From an uncultured virus (IMG/VR IMGVR_UViG_3300032516_007629) (taxonomy: Duplodnaviria; Heunggongvirae; Uroviricota; Caudoviricetes), in the IMG/VR virus record IMGVR_UViG_3300032516_007629: DNA of 64,000 nt; one strand, 5' to 3'. This document shows positions 47,223-57,757 of the stretch, in pieces (position 1 is the first letter of the stretch; every line of letters begins with the position of its first letter). The position numbers and the translations under genes are program-made. Below the pieces are notes generated by a model. The model had not been told where the DNA came from and searched no databases. It saw only the letters and a list, made by a program, of their open reading frames with translations.

Positions 47223-50200
47223 CTAAACCCCCATCTCATCAAACTCTTTTAGATCAATCCCAAAGATGCCCTTAGCCACTTCTTTAAACTCGTCCCACCT
47301 TGCTATCTTAATCCCTGGATATCCCCCTTCAAGCTTCTTAAGGAAGGTAACTAATGCGCTACGTCTAATGGGCAGATACCAAAACGGCTCGCCTTGTTGA
47401 AATCCTTTCTTCTTAAGGATCTGTCCTTCTTTAGAGCCTATTTTTACATTATCACTCATAACATACGGGTATCCATCAATACTGGCAAAGAAGAATTCTA
47501 CTTGATACTTAATCGACACCTTGCCTGAAACCGCCTTACGCCCCTCCTGCTCAAGTCTCTTAAGAGTACCCATCCTACTAGGGTGTAATAAACGTGCCTT
47601 AGCGACACCTTCTTGCAGACTGTCCTTATTCAAGATTTCAATCCCACCCTCTTCAATATCTTCTATAAGTCCAGAGACGCCACCTTTAGATGAAACCTCT
47701 TTATAATAGAAGGCGGGTTGAAGCATGAAACCTAGGCGTCTTACAAAGCCGTTAGGGTCGGCGGATTTGAATACCGTTAAAAACCAGTTATCATCCCAAT
47801 TTTGCAAATTAAAGGAAAGTTTAGGAGCATCCGTCTCCCACTTCATTGTCTCTAGTTCTTCCTCTATGATGTAGGTAGAATCGTTCCTATTACCTTCAAA
47901 GGTCTCCGTAGACGGAACAATGGCTAACTTTGTACCTACACTAAGTTCTTCATACCCATGAGGCGGTAAGATATGCGTTCCGTAGAACTCTTTATCCACC
48001 TTTGTTTGCTTTACACTAAACTCTTCTATCTTCTTTTGCCTTGACATAAAAGGTTCTATCTTATCGATAGACCTGAAAGTAGACATCCCTTCTAACGTCA
48101 TCTCGACATGAGGAAGCATTGTAGAATCGTCAAAGTCACTATTTGCTTTCGCTATAGTATGCTCCTGAGATAGAAGTCTCGCATTCTTTAAAAGCTCATG
48201 GGAGTTGTGTATCACTACATGATGTATGAACACTTCACGTTTTTGCTTTAAGCGATTAGCCCGTGCTTCACGCTGCCGCATATCGCCGTTAAGCCATAAA
48301 GTATCCGCATGGATTATGCAGTTAGCTACCTGGAGGTTGTGTCCCATACGCAAAGTAGAATCCACACCTATAAGTATTTTCAAATTGGAATCGGGATTTT
48401 TAAAGCGGTTTAATACCTCAATCATCCCACCCTCATAGTATTCCGCTTTCGGCTTCAAATTAGGATCTAGATGTTTTAAGAGGTTCTTACCAGCTTCCTT
48501 GTATTGAACAAATATAATAATTTTTCCATTAGATGGATTTCCTAGATGCTTGGAGCATATTGCATTGATCTCCTCTACCTTAGGAGACATCGCATCGTCT
48601 CCGGTCAAAGAAGCGCCTAAATACTTCTCTGCTTCACCTGGGGAATTTAAAAATACATCTAGAGGCGTAAACTTCGCTCTTAAAGCCGGATGCATGACAG
48701 CATCCTCTTCTTCTAAATCAAGATTGAATTTTTGAAAATACTTACTAAGAGTAGGATCTTTTTTGATATCCTCTATTGTATTGTTAAGGTATGCTTCATA
48801 AAATTTTTGCTGCGTCGTATTGAAAGATATGTAGTGATACTCACGATGCACCTTAGGCATCACCGCTCCCCAAGCAGTACTCCTAACCTGAGGGGTTCCA
48901 AACCTCTGGAGGTCGTTTCTGATGTCCTTAGGAGCCGTCTTGTGATAACTGTTGATCGACTTTGTTGCAGAATGCTTCTCTACAAAGTCTTTAGCAGACC
49001 CTAAAACCGAAGACTGAATGATACCCATAGGTCCTAAGACATCTATGAGATTTCCGGGCATGATCGTACCTGTATACCCCTTGACCTGAGATACTTTGGA
49101 AAACACACTAGACGCTTTAGTAAAATTACTATCGTTCTTTAGCGTGTGGCTTTCATCCATAAACACGGCATCCACACCCAGTTCATTTAATAGACGGTAT
49201 GCATTCGGAAATGTTTTTGTCTGACGATAGACTTGTCTACCCTTCTCCTCAACAATCTGTCCGTTATCTACTAGCTTCTTAATAGCCGATAGAAAGTGGT
49301 AAGAAGTAATAAATAGGGTATTAACAGGTGCCTCTTTAGCGGACAACAGCATCTTGGAAAACTTATCGTCTTTATATCCTTTACCCCATGTCTTAAGCGT
49401 CTCGCTAGTAATAATCCAGGGATTTAAAGAAGAGAAATTTCTCACTTCTAAAGCAAACTGACTAACCAAGTTGTTAGGCATAATAACTAAAGGACGCTTA
49501 ACCCTATCCTTAGCTATCTGATGTAATACATCAGCAATAATCAAAATGGTCTTTCCACTATTATGTGTTACTGTAAAATCTCCTAGTAGGAATAAACTAT
49601 CCTTATCTAATGTGAAACCATAGAATTCATCTTCCGGAAGTTCTTCTAGTGAAAAACCAGTTACACATACATCTTTTATCTGCACCCTTGGTGGTGCAAC
49701 CTTTCTTGCAATTTTGCAAGGTATAATATTTGTGTGCCCGCTGATTGTTATTCTATGGTGTGGACGCAACTGTGTAACGCCATTATAGGTATATTTAATC
49801 ATTCTCTTTTTCATATAAGCGGCTAAGCCTAAAGATCTAGCGATGAATAGTACCGATTCCGCCATGTCTTTATTCTTTACAGAAATTTCGTAGTACCCAT
49901 GGTGGAAATGTCCATCCGTGTCTATAAGACCGGCTAAAAACTGACAACGCACAGAAAAAGAATTATATATATACTCATCTGGAATTATCTTAGTACCTGT
50001 AAGAGACCATTCTTTGGTTTTTATTCGGATAAAATTGTTGTGCTTTTTATTTGTTACTGCGCACATGCGATATAATTTGGCTTTAGATGGCTTAGACCCT
50101 GATTTAGAGATATTTAAACGCATACCAACGGCTTGTGCATAGTCTGTTAGATATTCTTCTATCTCAGGATCCATATTGGTTATTTCTGCCTTGTTAAGAC

Positions 50201-51641
50201 TGCCGTCACCGAACCATAATCCTGCGAAATAAGGATCCATAGATTGTTCTTTATGGGGAAAATCTATTCCAGTTCTCCATAGTTTAGCTTTACTCTTATA
50301 CATTGAACTTTTTTCAAGGTAGTCTTTAACTGTAATGTTAGCAGTTCCTCCTCTAACATAGTTATTATCCCTATTAGGGGTAAATTTTATAGATAAAACA
50401 TGTGACTCATTACATACCCAAGGATCTCCCTTTACAGGTATTACCTTATACATCTTTTCTCTACCGCGACACAGAGACAAGACATTTCGGGGAAGACTGT
50501 CTGGACCCATTACTTGATCGCCTACTACAATATCCTCTACTGCCTTTATAGAACCATCAAACATCAAAATCGGAGTACCTACGGCAAAGCAGCCAGCGTC
50601 TGCATCAATAAGCTGTCTATCTCTATCTCTTGTCTTAGCTATGATATAAGATTGGTGAGGTAAAAACTCCACACCCTCGTTAAGTCCAGGAATAGGATCT
50701 AAGCCGTCCGTAGGCTTCTTAGAAGCGCTACTGTCTATGAGCTTGTTTAATTCTACTTTATCCTTTTCCCAAGTAGCTAACACCTCATCTAGTAGGATGG
50801 GGGCAAGATCTTCTAGATCAAAACGCTCCTGCATCGGCTTCTTATAGAAAGAGCGCTTTGCTTCTGCCAATAGATCAGGAGAATCGAGTAAGCCTTTTTT
50901 CTCGGCAAAATTGTAAATACGCTCTTTATCCCAAAGATCTAGTTTGCGATTACCGGCTAGGTTAATAGCCTGCCATTTACCGGATTTAGTCACAAATGAT
51001 ACAAGATCGTCCTCTATCTTGAAAATTTCATAAGCAAATGGCTTAAGAACTTTATGCGTATGCTCTAAGGCTTTCTTAGTATCTTCATCGTTATCTAACG
51101 AATACTGTTTGAATAAAGATTTTTGCTCTTCTATAACCTTTTCAATTTCTTCTGCCTGTTTAGAGAGAGACAAATGGAAAAAACTACCGTCGTAAAGAGC
51201 GACCATATCATCTAACTTAAATTCACCTACGCCAAACTCACTCTTTTCTGCTCGATCTAAAAATGGGATTCTAGGATCTCTAGCATTATGGAGAATGCCT
51301 GTGACTAGAACTCCATCTTCCTCGGGAACCACTTTAGTGATCTCTAAGAAAGTAGGATCAATCCTAGATCCTTTAAGGATGTTTGGAGCCTCTGTTATAG
51401 AGTATAGATAATTTGATTGGTCTTTGAATATTTCTTCGCTTAAATAGTTCGTAACATCTTTAGCGAAAAGTCCGCCGTAGGTGTTTAATGCCCCATCGTC
51501 AGACACATAGAAGTAGAGCTTCTTGCCTGGTGTAAGAGGCTTGTAATTATTATCCGCACTAGCTAGTGTAAAACGTATTCCCTTAAGAAATGTTTTTCCT
51601 ATAGCCGCTTTAGGACGAGGTTTAGCGATAACTAATTCCAC
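47223..51641 (-). CDS. Large SNF2-family helicase, intein-containing
   Basis: FLPHQ, DADAG[intein]SGKT, VIMP, FMDESH, TGT, QREARANR. Confidence 0.88.
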   Translation of the reverse strand: MELVIAKPRPKAAIGKTFLKGIRFTLASADNNYKPLTPGKKLYFYVSDDGALNTYGGLFAKDVTNYLSEEIFKDQSNYLYSITEAPNILKGSRIDPTFLEITKVVPEEDGVLVTGILHNARDPRIPFLDRAEKSEFGVGEFKLDDMVALYDGSFFHLSLSKQAEEIEKVIEEQKSLFKQYSLDNDEDTKKALEHTHKVLKPFAYEIFKIEDDLVSFVTKSGKWQAINLAGNRKLDLWDKERIYNFAEKKGLLDSPDLLAEAKRSFYKKPMQERFDLEDLAPILLDEVLATWEKDKVELNKLIDSSASKKPTDGLDPIPGLNEGVEFLPHQSYIIAKTRDRDRQLIDADAGCFAVGTPILMFDGSIKAVEDIVVGDQVMGPDSLPRNVLSLCRGREKMYKVIPVKGDPWVCNESHVLSIKFTPNRDNNYVRGGTANITVKDYLEKSSMYKSKAKLWRTGIDFPHKEQSMDPYFAGLWFGDGSLNKAEITNMDPEIEEYLTDYAQAVGMRLNISKSGSKPSKAKLYRMCAVTNKKHNNFIRIKTKEWSLTGTKIIPDEYIYNSFSVRCQFLAGLIDTDGHFHHGYYEISVKNKDMAESVLFIARSLGLAAYMKKRMIKYTYNGVTQLRPHHRITISGHTNIIPCKIARKVAPPRVQIKDVCVTGFSLEELPEDEFYGFTLDKDSLFLLGDFTVTHNSGKTILIIADVLHQIAKDRVKRPLVIMPNNLVSQFALEVRNFSSLNPWIITSETLKTWGKGYKDDKFSKMLLSAKEAPVNTLFITSYHFLSAIKKLVDNGQIVEEKGRQVYRQTKTFPNAYRLLNELGVDAVFMDESHTLKNDSNFTKASSVFSKVSQVKGYTGTIMPGNLIDVLGPMGIIQSSVLGSAKDFVEKHSATKSINSYHKTAPKDIRNDLQRFGTPQVRSTAWGAVMPKVHREYHYISFNTTQQKFYEAYLNNTIEDIKKDPTLSKYFQKFNLDLEEEDAVMHPALRAKFTPLDVFLNSPGEAEKYLGASLTGDDAMSPKVEEINAICSKHLGNPSNGKIIIFVQYKEAGKNLLKHLDPNLKPKAEYYEGGMIEVLNRFKNPDSNLKILIGVDSTLRMGHNLQVANCIIHADTLWLNGDMRQREARANRLKQKREVFIHHVVIHNSHELLKNARLLSQEHTIAKANSDFDDSTMLPHVEMTLEGMSTFRSIDKIEPFMSRQKKIEEFSVKQTKVDKEFYGTHILPPHGYEELSVGTKLAIVPSTETFEGNRNDSTYIIEEELETMKWETDAPKLSFNLQNWDDNWFLTVFKSADPNGFVRRLGFMLQPAFYYKEVSSKGGVSGLIEDIEEGGIEILNKDSLQEGVAKARLLHPSRMGTLKRLEQEGRKAVSGKVSIKYQVEFFFASIDGYPYVMSDNVKIGSKEGQILKKKGFQQGEPFWYLPIRRSALVTFLKKLEGGYPGIKIARWDEFKEVAKGIFGIDLKEFDEMGV
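49560..50591 (-). mobile_element. Intein (344 aa) with LAGLIDADG homing endonuclease, inserted in the helicase Walker A motif
   Basis: CFAVGTPILM start, CNESHVL block B, FAGLWFGDG and LAGLIDTDG, FYGFTL...VTHN end with +1 Ser. Confidence 0.95.
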
Positions 51642-52360
51642 TAGGCATTCCCTTCCTCTTCCTCAAGGTCTAAAAAGTTTTCACTAGCGGCAATAAAATG
51701 CCAGTGGGCGGGTGCCGGGTAGTTTTTTTCTTCCGCATACTGTATAAGTTTTTTAGCATTCGCCTGCGCCGTAGCTGGAGTAAGATAGGTGAAATAGTTT
51801 ACATCGTAAAGGATGTCTAATCTGTCTTTGCTACTTTCTAAGTCTTCCGCCGTAATAGGATCGGTAAATTCCATACGCCTCTCTAGAAGAGGTGCCTCAA
51901 CCTCTTCGTCGTTAGCAACGACTTCGTAGCCTAAAATTTTATTGATTTCTTCACAAGTAGTCCGCCAATCATCGGTGTAACGAGACATACGGTTTAAACT
52001 GTGGAAAAGCTTATCCAACTTAGATATCTCATTATCTGATAATTTTCTCTTGGATTTTGGGTAGCGATTACCAAGCATACCTTGCTTCTTAAGCTTGTCT
52101 GTAATAGGGCTTGAATCCTCCACGGCTCCTTCAACTGGAGCGGGTGGCTCTTCAAAGGACTTAGTTTTATTAAAGGTATCTAGGATTTTAAGAAGCTCTT
52201 CAACGTGGTGATCTTCCATTGTGTGGAACAGATAGTGATCCATCACTTTCCAGAGCATTTGCTTATTGTACCCTTTAAGCTTTTCGCAAAGCTTCTTATA
52301 GCTTCTAGCACTTATTTCCGCTTCGACTTTTGAGGCATTAGATATTCTGATATGGCGCAT
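51641..52360 (-). CDS. Hypothetical protein
   Basis: ATG 52360 with AAGGA SD. Confidence 0.6.
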   Translation of the reverse strand: MRHIRISNASKVEAEISARSYKKLCEKLKGYNKQMLWKVMDHYLFHTMEDHHVEELLKILDTFNKTKSFEEPPAPVEGAVEDSSPITDKLKKQGMLGNRYPKSKRKLSDNEISKLDKLFHSLNRMSRYTDDWRTTCEEINKILGYEVVANDEEVEAPLLERRMEFTDPITAEDLESSKDRLDILYDVNYFTYLTPATAQANAKKLIQYAEEKNYPAPAHWHFIAASENFLDLEEEEGNA

Positions 52361-52404
52361 GGATATTCCTTTGTAAAAGTAATAGTTAATCTCACGGAGA
52401 AACA

Positions 52405-52872
52405 TTGAAAATTAGAGAAGCTACCCCTGACGACTTACCTTCAATCTTACAAATAGCCACCTCCACCTCAGTGTTTACGCCAGAAGAAATCCTCTGCTTA
52501 GAGCAAGATGTCTTAGAAGTCCTAGATGGCGATCAAACACTAGTGTACGAAGATAATAATCAAATCTTAGGTTTTATTCAATACGGTCCTCTACCTATCA
52601 CCACTAACTCATGGTGTATGTACTGGATAGCTGTGAACAAAACAACTCAACATAAAGGTGTAGGCTGTAATTTAGTTAAGCATATGGAAAATGATATCCT
52701 ATCTAAAAAAGGGAGGATAATTCTTATAGAGACTTCCTCGACTAACAAGTTTCATCACACTAGAAACTTCTATCTAAAATCCGGCTATCACCTCACAGCG
52801 ATCATTTACGATTATTACAGCACAGACGATCATAAGTACATCTTCAGAAGATCATGCGAGCCGGACGCCTAG
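52405..52872 (+). CDS. GNAT-family N-acetyltransferase
   Basis: IREATPDDL, YWIAV...QHKGVG, IETSS, NFYLKSGY. Confidence 0.88.
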   Translation: MKIREATPDDLPSILQIATSTSVFTPEEILCLEQDVLEVLDGDQTLVYEDNNQILGFIQYGPLPITTNSWCMYWIAVNKTTQHKGVGCNLVKHMENDILSKKGRIILIETSSTNKFHHTRNFYLKSGYHLTAIIYDYYSTDDHKYIFRRSCEPDA

Positions 52873-53042
52873 CACCTGCCCCCCCCCAAAGCCGGACGCC
52901 CACCCCCGGCACCCCCATACCCATATTCTTTAAAGGGACAAGTCATGACATGTTTTTTCTGGAGCATGCGGGGTAGGTAGGGTAGACTAGAGGCAACAAA
53001 AGAGATTCCTCCTAGCTTCTTCGTAGAAGCGTTTGGAGGATT

Positions 53043-53993
53043 TTGTCGTTTGAAGATTCTCTAGAAAGGAGAATGAACATGCGTTTTTTGCAGAAGGTGG
53101 TAGCGAAGATCATTAGTGATAGGGAGCGTGCTGAGATCGCTAAAAAGCATGCTAGGGATATTCTTAAACCCGGTAGCAGTGCAAAGCCTAGCTTAGAGAA
53201 AATGGAAGAGCCTAAGAAGCGCCCATCATTTCTTAAGTCGGTTAAGGATGCTAAAGAGGATAAGGAGTTTCAGAAGTCATTTAGAGAAGCAAAAGATATT
53301 GGAAATATTAAGATACATTTAGACATCATAGATGACGGTACGATCTATTCCTCTAAAAAGCCTTTGTATGAAAAGAAGGTAACTCGCGTCGGTATAAAAG
53401 AAGGGGTAGATAGTCTATCTGAAGAACTAGTACAGGATTGGAGTGCTAACTCTAATCCTACAGACGAGTGGCATGCGGGTAGTGACGGTAAAGATGGTCT
53501 TTATACAGGAGATTTCTTTAGTATTCCTGTAGAGGATGTTCCTTGGAAGTTATTTGATAAGAGTTTGGAAAAAGATTTTAAAGAAGACGGCGGAATTGTA
53601 GAAGTTATGCCTGTCTTATATATAGGCTTTAATAATTTAACTGGTAAGGAGTTGAAAGAAGTTAAGGCATCTTCTAGGTATCCAGCTAATCCGAGTTGGA
53701 TGGAGCCTGCTAGTGAAGATCCTGAATCGGTAACACCTATAGATCATCTCCAAGAGTTTGACAGTGGTGGTAAAGAGCAATGGTCCATCCAAACAGATCA
53801 AACGCATGGCATCAAAGGACTTGTTAAGATATCTAAGAGCAAGTTAGAGGACCCTGGATTATCCCTTAAAGGGAGGACACCGAAGACCGTAAGGCGTGCA
53901 GGTGCGGAGAATTTGTTCCAGGGTAGTAGGCAAGCGGTAGTGGATTTTGTGAAGCAAAATTATCCTAGTGCCACGAAAGTCAAGTTTGTGTAG
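53043..53993 (+). CDS. Hypothetical charged protein
   Basis: Long ORF with GGAGG SD. Confidence 0.6.
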   Translation: MSFEDSLERRMNMRFLQKVVAKIISDRERAEIAKKHARDILKPGSSAKPSLEKMEEPKKRPSFLKSVKDAKEDKEFQKSFREAKDIGNIKIHLDIIDDGTIYSSKKPLYEKKVTRVGIKEGVDSLSEELVQDWSANSNPTDEWHAGSDGKDGLYTGDFFSIPVEDVPWKLFDKSLEKDFKEDGGIVEVMPVLYIGFNNLTGKELKEVKASSRYPANPSWMEPASEDPESVTPIDHLQEFDSGGKEQWSIQTDQTHGIKGLVKISKSKLEDPGLSLKGRTPKTVRRAGAENLFQGSRQAVVDFVKQNYPSATKVKFV

Positions 53994-54006
53994 GTGAGTA
54001 ATCTAT

Positions 54007-54035
54007 TGACACTAGGTTATCGGTAAGCTACTGTT
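54007..54035 (+). promoter_or_regulatory. sigma70-type promoter
   Basis: TTGACA-17 nt-TACTGT. Confidence 0.6.
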
Positions 54036-54085
54036 TTATATAATGTTTTTATTGGTACAGTTTTTGAATATATTAAGGAAGTGTT

Positions 54086-54358
54086 ATGCTAGTAATAGCA
54101 GTATCTCTTGATAATTACAAAGGGTATAATTACACCATTCCTGATCGTATAGGTAAGCATAGCGGAGCCTATGTTGGTGTGGTTAAAAGTGGTGAGCGGG
54201 TTGCTAGAATAATGTTGAAAAAAGGTGAAATAGAATTTTATGCCAATACACCTAAAGAAGTGGTTAACGATAAGGCAACATTAGAGACTTGGATTAAAAG
54301 AAATATGGTAGAAGCTAAGAATAAGTGGAATGTCGCACACCCGAGGTTCAAAGTATGA
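54086..54358 (+). CDS. DUF4160-like small protein (putative toxin partner)
   Basis: 90 aa, ...LETWIKRNMVEAKNKWN C-terminal pattern. Stop overlaps the next start (ATGA). Confidence 0.5.
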   Translation: MLVIAVSLDNYKGYNYTIPDRIGKHSGAYVGVVKSGERVARIMLKKGEIEFYANTPKEVVNDKATLETWIKRNMVEAKNKWNVAHPRFKV

Positions 54359-54660
54359 AGCAGCATAATATGAGAAATCTCCGCATTGATGGTTTTGTAG
54401 TCGCGGTTGATATCGAAGATCATGGTACTATCACTTTAGACTTTTCTAAACTTGGAGATTTCTTTAGCGATTTTCCGCACCTTAAAAATGAAAAAGAGTT
54501 TGCGAAAGGTCAGCTTAAGCAAGGTGCTCTTTGGTTCCCCCCCGACATACACATTGAGCCAGAGTATCTTATTGAGCAAGAGGAAGAGCAGAAGGCTTTG
54601 CCTATAGGTGCTTCGTTTAAAGGGCGGATAGCTCAAAAATACGATGTCGAAGAGCCTTGA
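54355..54660 (+). CDS. DUF2442-like protein (putative antitoxin)
   Basis: FPHLKNEKEF...GALWFPPDIHIEPEYL pattern. Confidence 0.6.
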   Translation: MKQHNMRNLRIDGFVVAVDIEDHGTITLDFSKLGDFFSDFPHLKNEKEFAKGQLKQGALWFPPDIHIEPEYLIEQEEEQKALPIGASFKGRIAQKYDVEEP

Positions 54661-54727
54661 ATTTCCGGTTTGACTACTCCGCTGCGTCATGCAATCCTAC
54701 CGACACACACAATTAAGGGTTGGTAGC

Positions 54728-55723
54728 ATGGGAACAAAATCTACGCACAAGGCTCCGGTTATTCGTTTAAATCGGGAAAAGCATCCGAATGCAGACAGGA
54801 TGTTTATTCAACGGGTGGGTGGTTGGCAGGTATGTGGAAGCATAGCGGATTGGGAAAACCATGATTTGGCGGTGTATATTCAACCGGATTCGGTAGTGGA
54901 TGTTAGACAACCGGAATTCTCGTGGCTAAGTGATCCAAAGATTTTTCATGCAGCGCAACCTGACAACTCTTATTTACATCATGTAACGGCTAAGAGGCTT
55001 CGTGGTGTTATATCCTACGGTTTCTTGGCTAGAGCGCCTTCTGGTTTAAACGAAGGTGACGATGCAGCAGAAGCACTTGGTATAACTCGTTTCGATCCTA
55101 TCTTGCCGCCAGGGGTAACGTTACCGCCTTCTGGCTATAGGAAGGATTATGATTTAGAGGCTTTTGAGGCTTTTTCTAATGTCCTTTTGAAGGATGGCGA
55201 AGAAGTTATTCTTTTAGAAAAACTTAACGGCGTTAACGCACGGTTTTGCTATGTTGATGGTCGGCTGCATGTAGGTTCAAAAAATGTGTGGCTTGAACCT
55301 TCGGATTCTGTGTGGTGGAGAGTTGGAAAACAATTACCTAGCGCCTTTGTGGACTTCTTAAAGAGTAATCCAAATATTACTGTCTATGGTGAGATCTTTG
55401 GCTATGCAGGTAATAATACCAAACTACGCTACGGTCTTGCTCCTGGACAACTGGATTTTAGAGTTTTTGATCTATTAAGAGATCAAGAATTTGTTAACTT
55501 CGATGAGTGTGCTACACTAGTTACTAGTGCTGGTGTTAAGACCGTCCCTGTGGTTTTGCGTACACCCTATAGCGAAGATGTATGCCGTCTTAACACCAAG
55601 GGACCTACGCTTATAGAAGGCGCTAAGCATGGCAGGGAAGGGATTGTCGTGCGCTCCACGCAAGAAAGACAAGAGCTTCAAGGTCGAGTTAGTCTCAAAT
55701 TAGTGGATTGGGAAAATGCTTAA
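54728..55723 (+). CDS. RNA ligase (Rnl2/DRB0094-like) with N-terminal OB-type domain
   Basis: KHPNADRM, KRLRGVISYG, EKLNGVN motif I, VYGEIFG, FRVFD, REGIVV, SLK. Confidence 0.9.
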   Translation: MGTKSTHKAPVIRLNREKHPNADRMFIQRVGGWQVCGSIADWENHDLAVYIQPDSVVDVRQPEFSWLSDPKIFHAAQPDNSYLHHVTAKRLRGVISYGFLARAPSGLNEGDDAAEALGITRFDPILPPGVTLPPSGYRKDYDLEAFEAFSNVLLKDGEEVILLEKLNGVNARFCYVDGRLHVGSKNVWLEPSDSVWWRVGKQLPSAFVDFLKSNPNITVYGEIFGYAGNNTKLRYGLAPGQLDFRVFDLLRDQEFVNFDECATLVTSAGVKTVPVVLRTPYSEDVCRLNTKGPTLIEGAKHGREGIVVRSTQERQELQGRVSLKLVDWENA

Positions 55724-56034
55724 TCGGACTTCAACGTCCTCTACAGCACCTTCTAGGGAAGCCTGAGAGGACGGTAAGGGGTTTTGCTGGTTTAGGGGTC
55801 TCATATGTCTTTGCCAGCTTTACAGCGTCTAACTGCGCGGCGGTGGCTTGGATTTTAGCCATGAGATCCTTCTCGCCGCGCTTAAAGCGTTCTTTGTATC
55901 CCTCTAACAGATTCTCAAGGTACGCTATTTGTTCCATGAATTTCGACCTCGTGATGAGGGTTAGGTGCAACCGATAAGGTAGCTCCTGCGACGAATAGCA
56001 GAATAATGAGTTTTAAAAGGTTCACATAATCCTT

Positions 56035-57744
56035 TTAGATCTTTACACTTTGAAATCTGATTTCTCTGAATACAGAATTGAAAAAAGGACTTGCGATCAA
56101 ATTAGCTCTCACCTGTTCTGGAACTTTAACTCCCATCTCCTGCTCGACATCAGCCACTAACACATTAAAGAGCCTATCTTTATCCCCTTTAATCGCCGTC
56201 GCCATGATATCTTTGATAGAAGGCATCCTAGGAGAATAATCCTCTAAAGATTCTTTCTTCCATTCACTACCGACTTGCTTATAAAACGAATCCAAAGCAG
56301 AAGCTAAACTTTTAATGGAATGCTCACGCCTATCGGCGGCACTCTTCTTAACCGTGTATAACCAAGAACCAAAGGCTTTATTATATAGTTCCTCATCTTC
56401 ACGACCAGTATTAAAAGCGTGTGGAGATAATGGAAGTTTACTTCCGGCTAAAGAAGGACTTAACGCTTGCAGAAGCCACATATCAAACTCAGATTGTAAG
56501 GCTTTTGCTCTGTCATACTCATTCGTATACGAGACAATCTCATTACATATCTCTTTTACCCAATTTTGATTACCTATGGTGCGATCCGCAAAAGCCTTCA
56601 CTTTACGTGCTAAAAGCTCTTTCATCGTATCGTCAGCATTTTTATAAAGAGCCGTTATTAAATGTGCATGATCAAGCCAGGCTACGATCTCATCTTGTAT
56701 AGGACTCTTATTATCCTTAGGGATCTCATAAGCAATGATCGAACGACGTATCATACTCCAAGGAGCTAGAGCCTCCTTGTAGTCGGCTTTCTCCAGCAAA
56801 GCTAGATATGGCAGGGGGATTGCCTCATCTCGTAGAGACGCCTCCACAACCTCGCCGAATTGCCCGTAATGCGCGTCTTCTACAGCACCCCTAACATCCT
56901 TACCGGAATTCTTTGCCTCCACCACGCTCTTGATTTGAGCCTCTACCGTAGATGCTGCCACTTTGATGTTGCAGGCTTTCATCCAGTCTTGACTGAGATG
57001 CTTTTCTAATTTTGGATCTGAGAGTTCGTGGCAGAGGGGAGTTTCAATATTTAAATTAGTATTATCCGATTTTTTTAACCAATCAACTAGATCTTGCAAT
57101 TGTATATGGTTGAACTTGTTAGATTGCTTATCTAGATAATAAGCAGCATCTTTGGCTAACTGGAGCCCGACTTGTGTCTTCGACACCTTAGCGTTGGTCA
57201 TGACAAAATCGATGATTTTATCTGCCGAGGTTTTCGTACCTTTGCTTTTGGCTCTGTGCGCCGTATTGACTAGCTGCATGAAATTTTCAAAAGGGAGTTT
57301 AGCCGGACCAGACAGTGCATCGACTTCCGTCTTTGCAGGTACCGCCCGATTCGGGATCAAAGATAAGAAAGTAACCGTATCGTTGGCAAACTTAGATCTT
57401 GCTAGGTCTATAAGGTAAGAAACAAACTGAGTACGAGACCAAGCCCGAACATCGCCAGGAAAACGACTACTATAAGGTGAGAGAAGATATGATGCGCCAT
57501 GTTCCCCCACGGAAGAGTCGCTTATCCACCATACTTGGGGACGCTCTCCCGTAAATCTGATTTCAACTCTTGGAGAATACCCTTTGTCCGCTTTAAAAAT
57601 GGCTAAAGTACGAGGACCGTCGTTAACATCCATGACAGATAAAAAAGGAGACGGAATCTCCTCGACAACAATACCTCCTGCTAAACAGATAGGATCATGC
57701 TGTAAACAATATCTTAACCAGGCAAATACCTCACGGAGGAGCAT
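56035..57744 (-). CDS. Hypothetical protein in the tail module
   Basis: 569-aa ORF immediately downstream of the tail tube gene. Confidence 0.6.
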   Translation of the reverse strand: MLLREVFAWLRYCLQHDPICLAGGIVVEEIPSPFLSVMDVNDGPRTLAIFKADKGYSPRVEIRFTGERPQVWWISDSSVGEHGASYLLSPYSSRFPGDVRAWSRTQFVSYLIDLARSKFANDTVTFLSLIPNRAVPAKTEVDALSGPAKLPFENFMQLVNTAHRAKSKGTKTSADKIIDFVMTNAKVSKTQVGLQLAKDAAYYLDKQSNKFNHIQLQDLVDWLKKSDNTNLNIETPLCHELSDPKLEKHLSQDWMKACNIKVAASTVEAQIKSVVEAKNSGKDVRGAVEDAHYGQFGEVVEASLRDEAIPLPYLALLEKADYKEALAPWSMIRRSIIAYEIPKDNKSPIQDEIVAWLDHAHLITALYKNADDTMKELLARKVKAFADRTIGNQNWVKEICNEIVSYTNEYDRAKALQSEFDMWLLQALSPSLAGSKLPLSPHAFNTGREDEELYNKAFGSWLYTVKKSAADRREHSIKSLASALDSFYKQVGSEWKKESLEDYSPRMPSIKDIMATAIKGDKDRLFNVLVADVEQEMGVKVPEQVRANLIASPFFNSVFREIRFQSVKI

Positions 57745-57757
57745 TATAATTCCTTTT

